A DNA stretch of 64,000 nucleotides from Candidatus Poribacteria bacterium (GTDB lineage Bacteria; Poribacteria; WGA-4E; PCPOR2b), in contig OZ242351.1 in the NCBI GenBank assembly GCA_965208675.1, positions 4,544,001-4,608,000 of the forward strand, read 5' to 3'. The position numbers were made by a program, and so were the translations under genes. This document shows positions 20,390 through 30,067 of this stretch, one piece after another. The number at the start of each line of letters is the position of its first letter. Position 1 is the first letter of the stretch. The notes under the pieces are model-generated. The model was not told the DNA's origin. It saw only the letters and a list, made by a program, of their open reading frames with translations, and did not search any database.

Positions 20390-21196
20390 CTACTCCTCGG
20401 CGTAGTCCAAACGCTGTGCGTACAGAAGCTGGGATGACCGGCTTGTGCGGTTCGGCAGTTCAATACTAACAGCCAGTGCCGCTTCGTTTTCCATGTACCT
20501 ATTGGCTTCCGCGATGCTATCGAACTCAAACTCAACTAACCGGTGAGGAGTTGCGCCGTGAATATTGTCGTATGAGGCTATCCGCTTAACCTCTTCGGGT
20601 TCTTGCAAACCGGGTGCAACAGTCGCAATCCAATCCAGATACGCCTCTTTTCCGCCAAGTGGGTAGTCGACTAAATAAACTAGTTTGACCGTCCGGGTTG
20701 GGTTTTCGTCCTTTGTATATTCCGCAGAGCGTTGCGCGAACACGTGCGTACTAACCTGGCTGCTGCGGTTTGGGAGATCCCGGAAAACCGCAGCCACATC
20801 AGGTCGGCGTAGATAAGTTGCCGCGTCCGATAAATTATCAAATTCAAACTCTACCAGCCGGTGCGGATTCTCGCCCCGCACATTATCGTAAGATGCGACT
20901 CGATTAAGCTCTTCGGGCGCCAGCAACGTCGGCGCGACTTCCGCTATCCAAGCGAGATACGCGGCTTTTCCGCCGACCGGATAGTCGACTAACCAGACTA
21001 CTTTCACCGGTAAGGTTTCCAGCTCAACCATGTCGGTGTCCATGGGCGGCATGATGTCGATCGGAGGCGTCGTGTCCGGCTCGTCATCCTTTGGGATCAT
21101 CACATCCATCATCATGTCTTGGGACAGATCGCAACCGGTCAAAGCAGCCACAGCCAAGACAGCAACAACTAAAATGCTCCTTATCTGAAATGTCAT
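20390..21196 (-). CDS. Lipoprotein with two tandem dimeric alpha/beta-barrel-like (EthD/DUF1330-like) repeats
   Basis: Lipobox LTGC; the motif VDYP.GGK.AYL.WIA.VAP.L..PEE..R.ASYDN..G..PHRLVEFEFD occurs twice; AAGGAGG RBS. Confidence 0.75.
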   Translation of the reverse strand: MTFQIRSILVVAVLAVAALTGCDLSQDMMMDVMIPKDDEPDTTPPIDIMPPMDTDMVELETLPVKVVWLVDYPVGGKAAYLAWIAEVAPTLLAPEELNRVASYDNVRGENPHRLVEFEFDNLSDAATYLRRPDVAAVFRDLPNRSSQVSTHVFAQRSAEYTKDENPTRTVKLVYLVDYPLGGKEAYLDWIATVAPGLQEPEEVKRIASYDNIHGATPHRLVEFEFDSIAEANRYMENEAALAVSIELPNRTSRSSQLLYAQRLDYAEE

Positions 21197-21354
21197 CAGT
21201 TTGCCTCCTTTGGTGTAACAAATTATGAACAGTTAAGTTTTGGCCGTCCGTTCACATCGGTTTCGTGAAACCGAATTTCCCTTTGCATCCTGATTCTGTT
21301 TACTGACGGTGTAAGGCACGTTTCACACCTGAACACACCGTGAAGTACCGGCGT

Positions 21355-21753
21355 TTACTCGTCGAAATGGTAGATGATTTGGTCGAAGCGGTCGCACGCG
21401 AATGAGAACACGAAAATCAACGGCTCGCCGCCGATGCACTGCACGGCGTGTTTCGCATTAGACGGGATATAGACCGCTGACCCGGGGCCTATATCCGCTT
21501 CGTGACCCTCGATTGTCATAATGCCGGTGCCGCTGGCTACGTAATACGTCTCCGCAGGCTCGTGGTGGTGAAGCGGAAGCCGTGTACCTGCCGGAAACTC
21601 CGCCACGCCCGTGACCAGCCCGCTGCTCGGTCCCAGTTCTCCGGAAACCAGAATTTTCCAGCGAATCTGGCTTTTGGCGGCAATGGCGGGATCATCCCAA
21701 CCCTCCCAAGCTAACTCTGCTTGATTGATGATTATGGGTTTCTGGCCGCTCAT
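21355..21753 (-). CDS. Cupin domain protein
   Basis: LPLHHHEPAETYYV.SG.G and GSAVYIPSNAKH cupin motifs. Confidence 0.85.
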   Translation of the reverse strand: MSGQKPIIINQAELAWEGWDDPAIAAKSQIRWKILVSGELGPSSGLVTGVAEFPAGTRLPLHHHEPAETYYVASGTGIMTIEGHEADIGPGSAVYIPSNAKHAVQCIGGEPLIFVFSFACDRFDQIIYHFDE

Positions 21754-21800
21754 AGCTCTCTTGTATTTCCGGCATTGGTCAAGGTTGCCGCATCAGGATT

Positions 21801-22667
21801 TTAACCCTCGAGCGCCGCGGCGCCGCTCACAATCTCCGAAATCTCCGTAGTAATCTGCGTCTGGCGTGCCCGGTTCCGCTGTAGGACTAAATCGTCAATG
21901 AGTTCCTTGGCGTTTCGAGTGGCATTCTCCATCGCCGTCATCCGCGCCGCTTGCTCGGCGGCGTTGGAGTCCAAAAGCACCTTCCACATCTGCATGTTCA
22001 GATGTTTCGCCAGTACCGACTGAAATATTGCGTCTTGCCCCGGCTCATAGACATAATCGAGGAACAGGTCGTCGCCGGTCGGAATCTCGGGCGTAAGCGG
22101 CAGCAACTGCTCGACCAAGACAGTCTGTAGAATTGCAGATTTGAAATCGTTGTAGATGACCTCCACCTTATCGACCGTTTTATCCCTGTAAAGATGTTCA
22201 AACTCTGACACTATGGCGACCGCCGTCTCAAATGCGAGTTGCCGAAATATGTTCACGTATTCCGCGATCACATTATAATTCCGCCGCGCGAAATGGTCGC
22301 GCGTGCGCCTGCCGACGCAAATGACCGACACGTCCGCGCCCTGCGCTTCATAGTGAGCCCGCCGCTGTGTTGTTGTTCGGATGACGTTGCTGTTAAAGCT
22401 GCCGCACAGCCCGCGGTCCGCGGAAACGGAGATAAGGCACACCCGCTTGAGTTCGCGCGACTCCAACAGGGGATGGGTAGGATTTTCAATCTGCGAAATG
22501 AGGTGGCCCAATATAGTGTTGAATTTTTCCGCGAACGGGCGCGTCGCGAGGATATTTTCCTGTGCGCGCCGCAGCTTCGCCGCGGCGACCACTCGCATCG
22601 CATCCGTCACCTGTGCAATATTTTCGATACTTGCGATTCGGCGCCTAATTTCACGTAGTGTTGCCAT
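21801..22667 (-). CDS. atpG: ATP synthase F1 gamma subunit
   Basis: IRRRIAS, DRGLCGSFN, EQAARMTAMENAT and RQTQITTEISEI. Confidence 0.98.
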   Translation of the reverse strand: MATLREIRRRIASIENIAQVTDAMRVVAAAKLRRAQENILATRPFAEKFNTILGHLISQIENPTHPLLESRELKRVCLISVSADRGLCGSFNSNVIRTTTQRRAHYEAQGADVSVICVGRRTRDHFARRNYNVIAEYVNIFRQLAFETAVAIVSEFEHLYRDKTVDKVEVIYNDFKSAILQTVLVEQLLPLTPEIPTGDDLFLDYVYEPGQDAIFQSVLAKHLNMQMWKVLLDSNAAEQAARMTAMENATRNAKELIDDLVLQRNRARQTQITTEISEIVSGAAALEG

Positions 22668-22707
22668 GGTAAAACCTCAGATGAGTAATAGAGTAAGGCG
22701 TAATGAG

Positions 22708-24231
22708 TTACTGATCGCCAAACCCATCCTTAAAGCTTTTAGCCGCCTCATGCAGCTTCCCAATCAACTCATCACTGAGTTGCCCCGTGTCGGCAATTTC
22801 CGTTAGGACGTCCGCGTGATTTCTCTCCATGTATGCCAAGAATTCGGATTCAAACCGCGCCGCCAAATCTGTCTCAATGTCGTCTAGATACCCGTTCGAG
22901 CCGCAGAAAATAGAGGCAATCTGTTTCTCGACCGGCATCGGCTCGTATTGCGGCTGTTTCAGCAACTCAACCAACCGCTCACCGCGCCGAAGCTGGCCCT
23001 GGGTCGAAGTGTCCAAGTCGGAACCGAACTGCGCGAAGGCGGCAACTTCGCGGAAACTCGCCAAATCAAGTTTGAGCGTGCCCGCAACTTCGTCGGATTT
23101 CATCGCTTTGGTCTGGGCATCACCGCCGACGCGAGACACCGAGGTGCCGACATCGATCGCCGGTCGCACGCCTTGGTTGAAGAGTTCGGATGTCAAGTAA
23201 ATCTGCCCGTCAGTAATTGAAATCACATTTGTCGGGATGTAAGTCGTGAGGTCGCCCTCGAAAATCTCAATAATCGGCAACGAGGTTAAAGAACCCGCGC
23301 CCAAGTCGTCGCTGAGTTTGGCGGCGCGTTCCAACAGGCGGGAGTGCAGATAGAATACGTCGCCCGGATATGCTTCGCGCCCCGGCGGGCGGCGTGAGAG
23401 CAGCGACATTTGGCGGTATGCCCACGCATGTTTGGTCAAGTCGTCGTAAATGACAAGTGCGTGCTGCCCCTTGTCGCGGAAATATTCGCCCATCGAAGTG
23501 CCCGTATAGGGCGCAAGATATTGGAGCGGAGAAGGCTCGCTCGCCGGCGCGGAAACGACAATGGTGTAATCCATCGCGCCGTGCTCTTCAAGGATATCCA
23601 CGACCTGCGCAACCGTCGAACCCTTCTGTCCGATGGCTACATAGATGCAAAAGACGTCGGTATTTTTTTGGTTGATGATGGTGTCAATCGGGATAGCTGT
23701 TTTGCCCGTTTGACGGTCGCCGATAATTAGCTCGCGCTGTCCTCGGCCGATCGGCGTCATGCTGTCAATCGCCTTTAAACCGGTGTAAAGCGGCTCGTTC
23801 ACCGGCTGGCGTTGCACGATTCCCAGCCCTTTCCGCTCGACGGGGAGAGTCTGTTCGGTCTTAATCTCTCCTTTGCCGTCAATCGGTTGTCCAAGCGCGT
23901 TCACTGCGCGCCCAAGCAGCGCTTCGCCGACGGGCACTTCAAGTAGCCTGTTCGTCCGCTTGGCGATATCGCCTTCATGGATGAGCTTATCCTCGCCGAA
24001 GAGGACGCAGCCCACGTTGTCCTCTTCCAGGTTGAACGCCATGCCGAACACCTCGTTTGGGAACTCGACCATTTCGCTCGCCATGACATTGGCGAGCCCG
24101 TGCACGCGGGCGATACCGTCGCCGACATCCAACACCGTCCCGGAATCGTATACGTCGACCTGCTGGCTGTATTGCAGCAGTTGTTGCTTTAATATGTTTG
24201 AAACCTCATCGGGTCTAACTTCTCTTGCCAT
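22708..24231 (-). CDS. atpA: ATP synthase F1 alpha subunit
   Basis: [28 protein letters not shown] and SVSRVGG. Confidence 0.98.
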   Translation of the reverse strand: MAREVRPDEVSNILKQQLLQYSQQVDVYDSGTVLDVGDGIARVHGLANVMASEMVEFPNEVFGMAFNLEEDNVGCVLFGEDKLIHEGDIAKRTNRLLEVPVGEALLGRAVNALGQPIDGKGEIKTEQTLPVERKGLGIVQRQPVNEPLYTGLKAIDSMTPIGRGQRELIIGDRQTGKTAIPIDTIINQKNTDVFCIYVAIGQKGSTVAQVVDILEEHGAMDYTIVVSAPASEPSPLQYLAPYTGTSMGEYFRDKGQHALVIYDDLTKHAWAYRQMSLLSRRPPGREAYPGDVFYLHSRLLERAAKLSDDLGAGSLTSLPIIEIFEGDLTTYIPTNVISITDGQIYLTSELFNQGVRPAIDVGTSVSRVGGDAQTKAMKSDEVAGTLKLDLASFREVAAFAQFGSDLDTSTQGQLRRGERLVELLKQPQYEPMPVEKQIASIFCGSNGYLDDIETDLAARFESEFLAYMERNHADVLTEIADTGQLSDELIGKLHEAAKSFKDGFGDQ

Positions 24232-24246
24232 GAACTGTTTTCTCCC

Positions 24247-24789
24247 TTATCCCCTCGCAAGTAATGTTCTCATTCGCTGAAGCTGTGTGACAACGCTGCC
24301 GTCGAATACGGTGTCCCCCAACCGAACAACGGTACCGCCTCGGATATCCGCGTCTATGCCCAACTCGAGCCGCACCTCCGCCGCGCCCGAATATTCCATC
24401 AGCCGCTGCGTGAGGTCCGCCTGCTGCGCATCGTTTAGCGGCACCGCTGAAGTCACTTGGGCGACCACCCGCCCCGCTTTCCGATCCACTATCTCCAAAA
24501 ATGCCCTCAATATTGCTTCCAAGAACCGATCACGCTGTTTCGACGCAAGCAGCAGCAGGAAATTGAGCGTTAGCGGCGCTACCGTTGCGGATAATAGCTG
24601 CTGAAACATCTCGCCCTTGAACCGCGGGGATAGAATCGGGTTGCTCAAGAAGTTTTCGAAATCTTCCGATTCACCAGTCAACTCGATAAGCCGGTTGGCA
24701 TCCGCAACGATTCGGTCCAAGGCATCCTGCTCTATGGCTGCATCATACAGCGCTTGCGCGTAGGGTTTGGCAATGCGAATCTCTCTCAT
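24247..24789 (-). CDS. atpH: ATP synthase delta subunit
   Basis: IAKPYAQAL, VTSAVPL and GG.VVR.GD.VFDGSV; position in operon. Confidence 0.95.
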   Translation of the reverse strand: MREIRIAKPYAQALYDAAIEQDALDRIVADANRLIELTGESEDFENFLSNPILSPRFKGEMFQQLLSATVAPLTLNFLLLLASKQRDRFLEAILRAFLEIVDRKAGRVVAQVTSAVPLNDAQQADLTQRLMEYSGAAEVRLELGIDADIRGGTVVRLGDTVFDGSVVTQLQRMRTLLARG

Positions 24790-24820
24790 TGGATAGTTTC
24801 TTCAAATTGAATGCTTTAAA

Positions 24821-25420
24821 TTATTGTGTGTTCTGCGCCGGTAGGCGGCTGATTGACTCGTCAATAATATGCCGATGTTTCTCGGCGTCGAGCGTCTGAT
24901 CTATGATTTTGCCGGCGGCGTCGATAGCGATTTCTGCGACAGTCCCGCGCAATTCGAGAATGGCTTCCTCTTTTTCGCGCTGAATCGCGGCACGCGCCTT
25001 TTCGAGTTCCAATGCTGCGTCTTGGCGCGCTGCATCAAGTATGCGCTGCCGCTCCGCGTTCCCTTCGTCAATTGCCGCCTGAATCTTCGCCTGCCCCTCG
25101 GATTCAATCTCGCTGAGCCGCTGACGTGTTTCAGCGTTCAACCGGTCCAACTCGTGCTGCTCCGCCTCGAACTTCTCCATACGCGAGGTAATCTCCTGCT
25201 GGCGGTCATCCAATAGCCCGCCGATGCGGCCGAAGACGAATTTCCAAAGCACCAACAGAACAACCAGAAAACCGATTACTTGAAGGATTATTGTCTGCGG
25301 ATCGATTCCAATGGCGCCCAATAATCCGCCGCCGCCGCCGGCTTCCGCGGCAAATGCGAACGGAATCGCCGCTATAGTGAACGCACAGAACGCTAAGATT
25401 ATAACTGAAATTTTTTTCAT
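24821..25420 (-). CDS. atpF: ATP synthase Fo subunit b, with extra N-terminal signal-like segment
   Basis: TM helix, LDDRQ..I, long charged coiled coil, A.KII; probable start MKKISV at 25420. Confidence 0.92.
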   Translation of the reverse strand: MKKISVIILAFCAFTIAAIPFAFAAEAGGGGGLLGAIGIDPQTIILQVIGFLVVLLVLWKFVFGRIGGLLDDRQQEITSRMEKFEAEQHELDRLNAETRQRLSEIESEGQAKIQAAIDEGNAERQRILDAARQDAALELEKARAAIQREKEEAILELRGTVAEIAIDAAGKIIDQTLDAEKHRHIIDESISRLPAQNTQ

Positions 25421-25495
25421 AATGTTTCGCCGTCTCATTGTTGCTGAAACATAGTGCGCGACCGAAACGATCGCGCATTATGTTTCATGGCCCTT

Positions 25496-25825
25496 CTAGT
25501 GGCTGTGGTCTGCGTCGGGGTGTTCCTCGGACGACCCTACCTGCATTATCTTTTCAAGCGCGCTGACCTTTTCGCCTTCAGCCGGCGTTACGTCCGGCAG
25601 TTTTCCCATCAGCAAGAAAAAGATCAACAGCGAGTAGATGACCAGCGATTCGATGAGCGCCAAGCCGATAATCATCGCCGTCTGAATCCGAGGCGCCGCC
25701 TCGGGTTGACGCGCAATGCCTTCGAGAGCGGTGCTCGTCGCCTTTCCTTGTGCAGTTGATGCCGCGATCACGGCGATGGGCAGCCCAAGCGCCACCCCAA
25801 AAGCTAAAACCGCGAGATAAATCAT
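25496..25825 (-). CDS. atpE: ATP synthase Fo subunit c, with polar C-terminal extension
   Basis: ARQPEA loop and LALIESLVIY; start at ATG 25825 (AAGGAGG upstream), 109 aa. Confidence 0.95.
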   Translation of the reverse strand: MIYLAVLAFGVALGLPIAVIAASTAQGKATSTALEGIARQPEAAPRIQTAMIIGLALIESLVIYSLLIFFLLMGKLPDVTPAEGEKVSALEKIMQVGSSEEHPDADHSH

Positions 25826-25912
25826 GAATGTTCCTCCTTTGAATTTTATGCCGAAATAGAGTTTTGAAACCGAAAAAACGATAATTTGCGGACGGCGTGA
25901 GCCGCCCATTGT

Positions 25913-26758
25913 TCAAGGATGCGCCTCCGCGCCGTGTGCATCATCATCGTGGGAAAGAAATGTCACGATGTAGATTGAGGTCAACATCGAGAAGACCAGT
26001 GCTTGCAGGAAGCCGCCAAACAACCCGAAAAACAGCATCGGCACCTGGATAGGAGCCCAAGGGATCATGCCCGCGATCGCCGGAATTGCAAGCCCCAACA
26101 GCGTCAAATTTATGACGACGGACTCCTCGCCGAAGATATTGCCGAAAAGCCGAATCGCCAAAGAGCCGGCGCGTGCGGTTTCGCCGATGATGTGCAGCGG
26201 AAACATCAATGGCCCCAACCACCACGGATCGCCGATGAAGTGCCGCAGATAGCCGACCAGCCCGTTCTCCTTAATCGCAATGATATGAACACCAATCAGC
26301 GCACTAATGCCGAGCGCGAGCGTCGTGTTCAAATCTGCCGTCGGAGCTTGAAAACCGGGTATGAGGCCGAGGTAGTTCAAAAACAGGATAAAGATGAAAT
26401 AAGAGCCGACAAACGGAACATATTTCTTTCCGTGGTCGCCCAAGATTCCGCCGAAGAAGTTTATTAACCCGCCGACGAACAGTTCCAGAAAAGTCTGTCC
26501 TTTACCTCGCGGGAGGCGCCTTAAATTCCGCGTGGCAACGATGAATAGGATTGCGATAAACAACACCACGAAATAGGCATTGGGAATGAGATCCGGCTGA
26601 TGCCATCGTTGGGGTTCCGGAACAACTTCGTTCGGCAGCAGTTTCGAGATAGGGCTTAACCAAGAACGGTGCGCATCTTCGCCCGCAAAGGCGGCGGGAA
26701 CCGCAGCCGTAGCGGAGATTAAGATTGTGAATAACAGCGTGAAAACCAATTTTTTCAT
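25913..26758 (-). CDS. atpB: ATP synthase Fo subunit a
   Basis: PTADLNTT, SLAIRLFGNIFGEE and LQALVFSMLT.IY. Confidence 0.96.
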   Translation of the reverse strand: MKKLVFTLLFTILISATAAVPAAFAGEDAHRSWLSPISKLLPNEVVPEPQRWHQPDLIPNAYFVVLFIAILFIVATRNLRRLPRGKGQTFLELFVGGLINFFGGILGDHGKKYVPFVGSYFIFILFLNYLGLIPGFQAPTADLNTTLALGISALIGVHIIAIKENGLVGYLRHFIGDPWWLGPLMFPLHIIGETARAGSLAIRLFGNIFGEESVVINLTLLGLAIPAIAGMIPWAPIQVPMLFFGLFGGFLQALVFSMLTSIYIVTFLSHDDDAHGAEAHP

Positions 26759-26771
26759 AGTGTATCGTTCG

Positions 26772-27188
26772 TTAACGCTTTGTTGCGCCGCCTCTGAACA
26801 GAATCCCCGCCATCAGCCCGAAGGCTTTGAGAATTATGACAACCTGCACAAGCCCGACACCTGCCGCGAGGGTGTAGATGTTCAACCAGTTCGCTTTCAT
26901 CAAGAAATAGAAGCCGCCGAAGATAACTGTAAATTTGCCGATCGCGATGAATCCAAGCCACCGCTTCGCTTTGGGCGAACTACCGGGTACTACCATACGG
27001 CGTACGACAAGTTCCAGCGCCAATACAGCGCCCAAACTGAACAGGCTGCCGATGGCAAAACTTAAGCCAGTCGGAAACCCGTATATTCCCCATAGCACCG
27101 CCGTCCCGAGCAACGCAAGTATGGTCGACCAGCGGTAAACCTGTTGGAGGAATCCATCGTCCACTTCAATCGGCCCACGGGGATTCAC
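26772..27188 (-). CDS. atpI: ATP synthase protein I-like membrane protein
   Basis: Four TM helices, immediately upstream of atpB. Confidence 0.75.
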   Translation of the reverse strand: MNPRGPIEVDDGFLQQVYRWSTILALLGTAVLWGIYGFPTGLSFAIGSLFSLGAVLALELVVRRMVVPGSSPKAKRWLGFIAIGKFTVIFGGFYFLMKANWLNIYTLAAGVGLVQVVIILKAFGLMAGILFRGGATKR

Positions 27189-27189
27189 T

Positions 27190-27462
27190 TTACGAACCTT
27201 CCTCCGAATCCTCTACTTCTTTGCGCTCACTGCGCTCCATGCGTCTGTTCCAACGAGACACGGCTCGAAACATCTCAATAAAACCCGCCGCTGTGCCGAA
27301 TAAAAATCCGATAATCGATCCGGCGGTCGGGTTTCCCAGCTTCCCGCCAATCCACCTGCCGGCGAAAAACCCGATGACTATGGCGAGCGCGAGCGTTAAA
27401 CCGATGGTGCCCAAATCGCCCGCGCTGATCCAATCGCTGCCTCTCTTCTTGGACCAAAACAT
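27190..27462 (-). CDS. AtpZ/AtpI-family small membrane protein
   Basis: Two TM helices with G...G...G.W...K.G..P.G.I.G...G..AGF pattern; position at head of the atp genes. Confidence 0.75.
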   Translation of the reverse strand: MFWSKKRGSDWISAGDLGTIGLTLALAIVIGFFAGRWIGGKLGNPTAGSIIGFLFGTAAGFIEMFRAVSRWNRRMERSERKEVEDSEEGS

Positions 27463-27513
27463 CTTGAACTCGCCCGCCCCGTAAATTCAACCCCGGGGCT
27501 TAATGTATTTCGA

Positions 27514-29040
27514 TTAACGCAGAAAAACGAAGGTCACCGCCACAAACAGCGGGAAGAGTATGACGACCGACCAGAGCATGAATCCGAAAAAACTCGGCAT
27601 CTTGATGCCGCTGCCTTCCGCAATCGACTTCACCATAAAGTTCGGGGCGTTCCCGATATAGGTGTTCGCTCCCATAAAAACGGCGCCGACGGAAATCGCC
27701 GTCAGAATCCTGACAAACTCGAGATGTTGTGCTCCGGTGAGCGATCCGTTCAGGATTTGCGGCACCACGGCTTCCGTCAACTCCAGCTTCCCGAGCGCCG
27801 TGTTGAAGAACGTCAAATAGGTCGGTGCGTTGTCCAAGAAACTCGATAGTATGCCCGTCACCCAAAAATAGTGGAGCGGTTCGGTAACCGACCGAATTAA
27901 TCCGCTTAGCGCGCCGTGTTCCCCAGCTTTGAGAATCGCCAACGCGGGGATAATCGTCATGAAAATGCCGGCAAACAGCTTGGCGACTTCGGCGATCGGT
28001 TCCCATTCAAAGTGGTTCTCGCGCCGCAGCGCGCCTTCGAAGGGTGTGAACTTCAACGACATCAGCCCCATACCAACGATGAGCAGATCCCGAAGCAGGT
28101 TCTGCCACGCCACGTGGACGCCCAGAATGTTCACCTCGCCCAGACTGGCGGTGCCGCTCATCAAAACTGCCCCGACAATGCCGGCGAGGAAAATCAGGTT
28201 GTAAAGCCCCGCAATGCGAATCGGCGCGCGCTCGCCGTCGTCCGGCGCCTGGCCGCCCTCGCGTTTAAATAGAATCGTGTCCAAAACGAAGAAGATGCCC
28301 AGCAGCAGCACGCTGATAAACACCATTTGCGGGAAAAGCGCGGTTGTCGTCCAGAAAAACGGGACGCCGTGCAGAAATCCCAAAAACAGGGGCGGGTCGC
28401 CCAACGGCGTCAGCGAGCCGCCGATGTTGCTTACCAAAAAGATAAAAAAGATTACCAAGTGCGTCTTGTTCTTGCGGTATGCGTTGGCGCGAATCAGCGG
28501 GCGAATCAGCAGCATTGACGCGCCGGTTGTGCCAATCCACGAAGCAATTGCCGTTCCAATCAGCAGCAGCACTAGGTTGACAACCGGCGTGCCGCGCAGC
28601 GTGCCGCGAACCACAATTCCGCCCGCGACCGTGAACAGTCCCCAGAGCAGTATGATAAATGGGATATAGTCGATCAGATAGATATGGAGTATGTCGTAAA
28701 ACGCAGCGACTCGAAAGATTGCGAGATACGGCAGCGCGAAAATTAACGCCCACGCTAACGAAATCTTGCCGTAATGCTGATGCCAGAAATGCGGCGCGGC
28801 AAGCTGCCAAAACGCAATCGAAAGCAGAATGCCGATAAACGGGATTACGCTCCAAACCGGCAATACGGCGCCGTCAACGCCGTGGTGCTCCGCATGGTGC
28901 GGGGCGTCTGCGTGGTGGGATTCAACGCCGTGGCTGGTATGGGTATGGCGATCGCCTTCCGCCGAAAAACCTAAAGGTGCAAACAGATGTAACGATGTGC
29001 CTAAAAGGACAAATGGTAGAAAACTGCGGCTAATCTTCAC
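27514..29040 (-). CDS. Putative sodium:proton antiporter (ion-transporter superfamily) with His-rich N-terminus
   Basis: Many TM helices; GTTGASMLLIRP, SNIGGSLTPLGDPPLFLG, SSFLDNAPTY and TYIGNAPNFMV. Confidence 0.82.
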   Translation of the reverse strand: MKISRSFLPFVLLGTSLHLFAPLGFSAEGDRHTHTSHGVESHHADAPHHAEHHGVDGAVLPVWSVIPFIGILLSIAFWQLAAPHFWHQHYGKISLAWALIFALPYLAIFRVAAFYDILHIYLIDYIPFIILLWGLFTVAGGIVVRGTLRGTPVVNLVLLLIGTAIASWIGTTGASMLLIRPLIRANAYRKNKTHLVIFFIFLVSNIGGSLTPLGDPPLFLGFLHGVPFFWTTTALFPQMVFISVLLLGIFFVLDTILFKREGGQAPDDGERAPIRIAGLYNLIFLAGIVGAVLMSGTASLGEVNILGVHVAWQNLLRDLLIVGMGLMSLKFTPFEGALRRENHFEWEPIAEVAKLFAGIFMTIIPALAILKAGEHGALSGLIRSVTEPLHYFWVTGILSSFLDNAPTYLTFFNTALGKLELTEAVVPQILNGSLTGAQHLEFVRILTAISVGAVFMGANTYIGNAPNFMVKSIAEGSGIKMPSFFGFMLWSVVILFPLFVAVTFVFLR

Positions 29041-29185
29041 CTTAACTGAATCGCCTCATCGCCGCTAACAAAGGTCGGTGCTGCAACCTTCGGCGGCGTC
29101 GCACGAAAGATTGACTTGTCATGAACCGATTGAATCTTTGACAAGTTCGCTTCCAAAAAAGAAATGTACAAAAACGCCATGAAGT

Positions 29186-29203
29186 TTGTGAAATTTTTCA
29201 CAA
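29186..29203. promoter_or_regulatory. Rex-type operator palindrome upstream of the antiporter-atp operon
   Basis: TTGTGAA-ATTT-TTCACAA matches the Rex consensus TTGTGAANNNNTTCACAA; the arms extend to 10 bp. Confidence 0.7.
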
Positions 29204-29254
29204 ACTCAAGCCAAAAAAAAATGTATTACGCGCACTTTCATCACGCAAACACGT

Positions 29255-29283
29255 ATTGTCTCACATTTCTGGGAGCGTGTCAA
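29255..29283 (-). promoter_or_regulatory. sigma70-type promoter of the antiporter-atp operon
   Basis: Minus strand TTGACA-17 nt-GACAAT. Confidence 0.55.
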
Positions 29284-29323
29284 GTTTTTTTTCGGAGGGG
29301 ATTTTGAAAAAACGGAATGTGGT

Positions 29324-29473
29324 TTATTTTTCGGCGGACGATTTTTCGACGGCTTTGCGGCGCGCCCGCGCTTTTCGGGCGAGCTGCCGTTTCATAGCAT
29401 CGAGCTGGTTTTTGCGGTTCAGTTTCCGGCTAATGTCTTCCGCAATAGTTTTTGGGGCGCGCTTCGTTTTCAT
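29324..29473 (-). CDS. Small, very basic hypothetical protein (49 aa)
   Basis: MKTKRAPKTIAEDISRKLNRKNQLDAMKRQLARKARARRKAVEKSSAEK; GGAG 7 nt upstream of the ATG. Confidence 0.5.
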   Translation of the reverse strand: MKTKRAPKTIAEDISRKLNRKNQLDAMKRQLARKARARRKAVEKSSAEK

Positions 29474-29601
29474 TATAGGTCTCCGTGCCAGATAAATTGA
29501 CGCATCGTTTCGGCGTGCATAAATGAAAACGACAATGGGGTTGGGTGCGGTTTCACACATTTCAACACGTGTTGTGGAAGCGCGGCGAAATTCATCCGCT
29601 A

Positions 29602-29631
29602 TTGACGGGTGAGGTGGCTTTTTGGTATACT
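29602..29631 (+). promoter_or_regulatory. Probable promoter for cstA
   Basis: TTGACG-18 nt-TATACT with an extended -10 TG. Confidence 0.5.
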
Positions 29632-29731
29632 AAACATCATAACGATGGTTGGGGATTAGGATTTGTTAGGAGGGTTTGTCTGAACTGTGATTTGTGTGAT
29701 TAAATGATTGGCTATGATAAAGAGAGTTCTT

Positions 29732-29990
29732 GTAGGTTGGGTTGAGCGGAACATACCTTAATATGTTAATCAGATTATTAACGGTGGCGATTTAGGAAAG
29801 ATGTCGTGGGCAATACGCGTGGAGCGTAACCCAACGCTTTTCGGTATTCTGGACACATTTCAATACGCGAAAAGTGTTGGGTTACGAGCGTTGGGTTACG
29901 CTAGATTGTAGGGAATTAATAATTCATTAAAACACGAAACGCCTGCGGTGAAGCTAACTGTTTCGATTAACACCGCTTAACCCAACCTAC
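29732..29990. repeat. REPIN-like element built from GTAG-type REP halves in inverted orientation
   Basis: Terminal IR GTAGGTTGGGTTGAGCGG / CCGCTTAACCCAACCTAC; inner IR CGTAACCCAACGCTTTTCG / CGAAAAGTGTTGGGTTACG. Confidence 0.8.
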
Positions 29991-30067
29991 AAAGACATGA
30001 AAATAGAAACACAATGGAAATGCGGTAAATATCTGGTTTGCCGAGTGCACAAGGAGGCGGGTCGCCT

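Noticed and set aside
29640-30000. CRISPR array
   Set aside because: The repeats are inverted REP-type arms, not regularly spaced direct repeats, and no cas genes are present.
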